Part shown: positions 12,447 to 14,535 of the stretch, piece after piece
Layout: every line of letters begins with the position of its first letter
Position numbering within the stretch: position 1 is the stretch's first letter
Notes under the pieces: model-generated
What the model saw: the letters and a program-made list of their open reading frames with translations, nothing else
What the model was told of the DNA's origin: nothing
The model's database searches: none
Source: a virus
Lineage: Duplodnaviria; Heunggongvirae; Uroviricota; Caudoviricetes
Direction: 5' to 3' (one strand)
DNA: 14,535 bases
Virus record (IMG/VR): IMGVR_UViG_2534681705_000018
Location: 1-14,535 of that record
Position numbers and translations under genes: made by a program

Positions 12447-13193
12447 TCATCGTTTGATAGGACAGGCGACAAGCTCAATAGATGCGGCCTGTCGGGAGGT
12501 AAAACCTCGTTTTTCAAGCTCAGTAGTAATCGCGCCCTGGTTTCCCCTGGTGGCGCGCTCATTTTCCGGATCGTAATTGGCCCACTCTCTGTTTCTAATC
12601 TCGATAGCCAGATACAATGGGTCATCATCTCTGTATTTATTTAATAGAATTGGACGTTCGCTTTCGAGTTTGCGGATTTGCTCTTTAAGTGAAGAAATTT
12701 CCGCAAGTAACACTTCAATATTCTGTTCATCATCCAGAAACTCATTATCAACCACATCAGAAGTTGGTAGAGTTATTTCACTTAATGGTAAAAATAAATC
12801 AATGCCTATTTTCTCTGCAAATTCTTTAAGTTCTGCACGACGAAACCCATGCTTATCAAAAAGGCTTGCCGACCATCTTACATCACAATTTTGAAAAGGT
12901 GCGAATAATGCTATAGGCACACTATTTCTTTCACGAATAACTTCCAGGAGGTCTGTTAAAGTAGGGGCACTATTATATTGATTGGAAAGATCGACATATG
13001 TTGATTCAATAGTACCGGCAATACCTTGCTTAACCCATTCAGGAAGTTCAATCGCACATTCTTTCAAGTAAAGAAAATCTGCAATCTGTGAATAACTAAC
13101 ATGCGGTTGATGTAATTGAATACGAGTTATCAACTCCCTCAGGCTAATAAACTCCCACTCCCTTGCTTTAAGCACTTCGGCAATATCAATCAT
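12447..13193 (-). CDS. Mosaic orphan protein (248 aa): unknown N-terminal domain, coiled coil, and an HTH-like C-terminal tail.
   Basis: The ORF-track start at 13274 is a GTG. The ATG at 13193 has GAGGTG 5 nt upstream (MIDIAEVLKAREW...). The coiled coil is VLLAEISSLKEQIRKLESE. The C-terminus RGNQGAITTELEKRGFTSRQAASIELVA looks like a helix-turn-helix. Hand-counted GC is 21/60 at 12721-12780 and 33/60 at 12481-12540. Confidence 0.6.
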   Translation of the reverse strand: MIDIAEVLKAREWEFISLRELITRIQLHQPHVSYSQIADFLYLKECAIELPEWVKQGIAGTIESTYVDLSNQYNSAPTLTDLLEVIRERNSVPIALFAPFQNCDVRWSASLFDKHGFRRAELKEFAEKIGIDLFLPLSEITLPTSDVVDNEFLDDEQNIEVLLAEISSLKEQIRKLESERPILLNKYRDDDPLYLAIEIRNREWANYDPENERATRGNQGAITTELEKRGFTSRQAASIELVACPIKR

Positions 13194-13320
13194 ACGCACA
13201 CCTCGGCGTCCTCTGTAGTGGTGGCTGTGCCAGCCCGCAGAGGTGTACGGGTTTTCAGGAGCGACCCTAGACACAGCCTTTTCTTAATCGCTCAAAGTCT
13301 ACTACTGTATACTCAACCAG

Positions 13321-14535
13321 TCACCCGCATTTTCCGAACTCACCATGCACCACATTTCCGCCATGCTCGAGCGAATCCATATAGTCGGCATACCACTGGA
13401 GCATCTCCCGGCGACCATCCAGATATTGCGCATGGTTGTATGTGCCACGAATTGAGTTTTTATCGACGTGTGCGAGCTGTGTCTCTATCCACGCGGTGTT
13501 ATAGCCCTGCTCATGCAAAATGGTGCTCATGGTGTGCCGGAATCCATGACCAGTAACGCGCCCGGCATAGCCGATACGACGAATGAGCACATTCATCGCC
13601 ATTTCACTCATTGGCTTACTGTGGTGAATACGACCGGGGAAAATAAACTGATACTGGCCTGTCATGTTTTTTAACTGCTCCAGTATTTTTATCGCCTGTT
13701 CTGGTAATGGCACACAATGCGGACGGCGCATCTTCATTCGTTCTTTAGGCACTTCCCACAAACGATTATCAAAATCGATCTCCAGCCATTCTGCCTGCCG
13801 TAATTCCCCGGGTCTGACACCTGTCAGAATTAATAGCCGCATTGCCAGTTTGACGATCTGGCTTCCGGTGTACGTATTAAAAACGCGGAAAAATTCCGGC
13901 AGTTCGTCGGCTTTCAAATAGGCGTAATGCTCTTTTTTATGTGGAGCAAATGCGCTCACCAGGTCAGGGGCTGGATTATATTCGGCGCGTCCGGTGATGA
14001 TTGCGTACCGGAACACCTCGCCGCATCGCTGGCGAACCTTACGCAATTTTTCAGTCGCACCACGGTCATTAAGACGGGAAAGAACCGCCAGCAATTCCAT
14101 CGGCTTAATTTCTGCGATCGGCCTACCGCCAATGTACGGAAAAACATCTTTTTCAAACGTCTCGATCATTTCCTCGGCGTATGACGATGACCACCTGTCG
14201 ATCCGCTTTTCGTACCATTCGCGAGCAATACCCTCAAAAGTATTGCCAAATTTGCTCGCCTGTTCTCGCTTTTGGGCTTTTCTGGCCTCACTTGGATTTA
14301 TACCACCAGCAAGAAGCCTTTTAGCCTCATCCCTTGCCGCCCTGGCATCAGACAGAGACACATCAGGGTATACCCCCAACGACAACATTTTGGGCTTTCC
14401 TGCAAACCTGTAGCGCAGTCGCCACCCTTTCGAACCGTTCGGCTCAATGAGCAACGAAAGCCCGTTACCGTCATTGAGTGTATAAGCCTTTTCTTTCGGC
14501 TTCGCGCGCCTGATGGCAAGGTCTGAAAGCAGCAT
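13321..14535 (-). CDS. int: P4/CP4-57-type tyrosine integrase (tRNA-targeting family).
   Basis: The N-terminal arm-binding-type region is LSDLAIRRAKPKEKAYTLNDGNGLSLLIEPNGSKGWRLRYRF. Catalytic-region motifs are TGVRPGELRQAEW, HGFRHT and IRGTYNHAQY. This is the full 404-aa ORF, and the window ends on its ATG. Confidence 0.95.
   Translation of the reverse strand: MLLSDLAIRRAKPKEKAYTLNDGNGLSLLIEPNGSKGWRLRYRFAGKPKMLSLGVYPDVSLSDARAARDEAKRLLAGGINPSEARKAQKREQASKFGNTFEGIAREWYEKRIDRWSSSYAEEMIETFEKDVFPYIGGRPIAEIKPMELLAVLSRLNDRGATEKLRKVRQRCGEVFRYAIITGRAEYNPAPDLVSAFAPHKKEHYAYLKADELPEFFRVFNTYTGSQIVKLAMRLLILTGVRPGELRQAEWLEIDFDNRLWEVPKERMKMRRPHCVPLPEQAIKILEQLKNMTGQYQFIFPGRIHHSKPMSEMAMNVLIRRIGYAGRVTGHGFRHTMSTILHEQGYNTAWIETQLAHVDKNSIRGTYNHAQYLDGRREMLQWYADYMDSLEHGGNVVHGEFGKCG

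Larger units (their letters stand above)
2660..14535 (-). mobile_element. Integrated phage satellite (PICI/P4-like island). The right end is truncated at the integrase start codon.
   Basis: Gene order is int, alpA, antirepressor, Icd-like, primase-helicase, iteron ori, accessory genes, morphogenesis-like genes, TerS-like HTH, repeat array. It is bounded at 2660-2676 by a tRNA-Gly 3'-end-like repeat. There are no capsid, portal, large terminase, tail or lysis genes. Confidence 0.8.

Overview
The window joins a low-GC chromosomal flank (1-2659) to an integrated phage-satellite island of about 11.9 kb (2660 to beyond 14535). The island resembles a Gram-negative PICI or P4-like element and is read almost entirely on the minus strand.

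Flank: an ORF interrupted by an in-frame TGA, and a secreted glycoside-hydrolase-15-like gene.

Island, in minus-strand order:
- P4-type tyrosine integrase; the window ends exactly on its start codon
- a mosaic orphan gene
- an array of TACCCTAAGGGTA palindromes
- AlpA
- an AntA-type antirepressor
- a translationally coupled ORF with no stop codon for 1.2 kb
- a divergent control region with a plus-strand RHH gene
- an Icd-like gene
- three small ORFs, two of which share a thrice-repeated domain
- a D5/P4-family primase-helicase
- an iteron origin (GTGAACAG)
- an AT-rich orphan, a FinO/ProQ-domain gene and a PerC-like gene, closed by two terminators
- a second RHH gene
- two morphogenesis-like genes
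- a TerS/Rpp-like HTH gene
- a dense TTGACAC repeat array
- a small ORF
- helically phased short repeats
- a degenerate copy of a tRNA-Gly 3' end (putative attR)

No rRNA, tRNA, CRISPR array or IS element was seen.

Best candidates for something undescribed:
- the two AT-rich orphan genes at the classic satellite cargo positions (12447-13193 next to int, 6590-6937 just after ori)
- the divergent RHH/operator switch at 10105-10714
- the palindrome array upstream of alpA
- the packaging-recognition repeat array at 3223-3510

All family calls come from motif recognition by eye. No searches were run.
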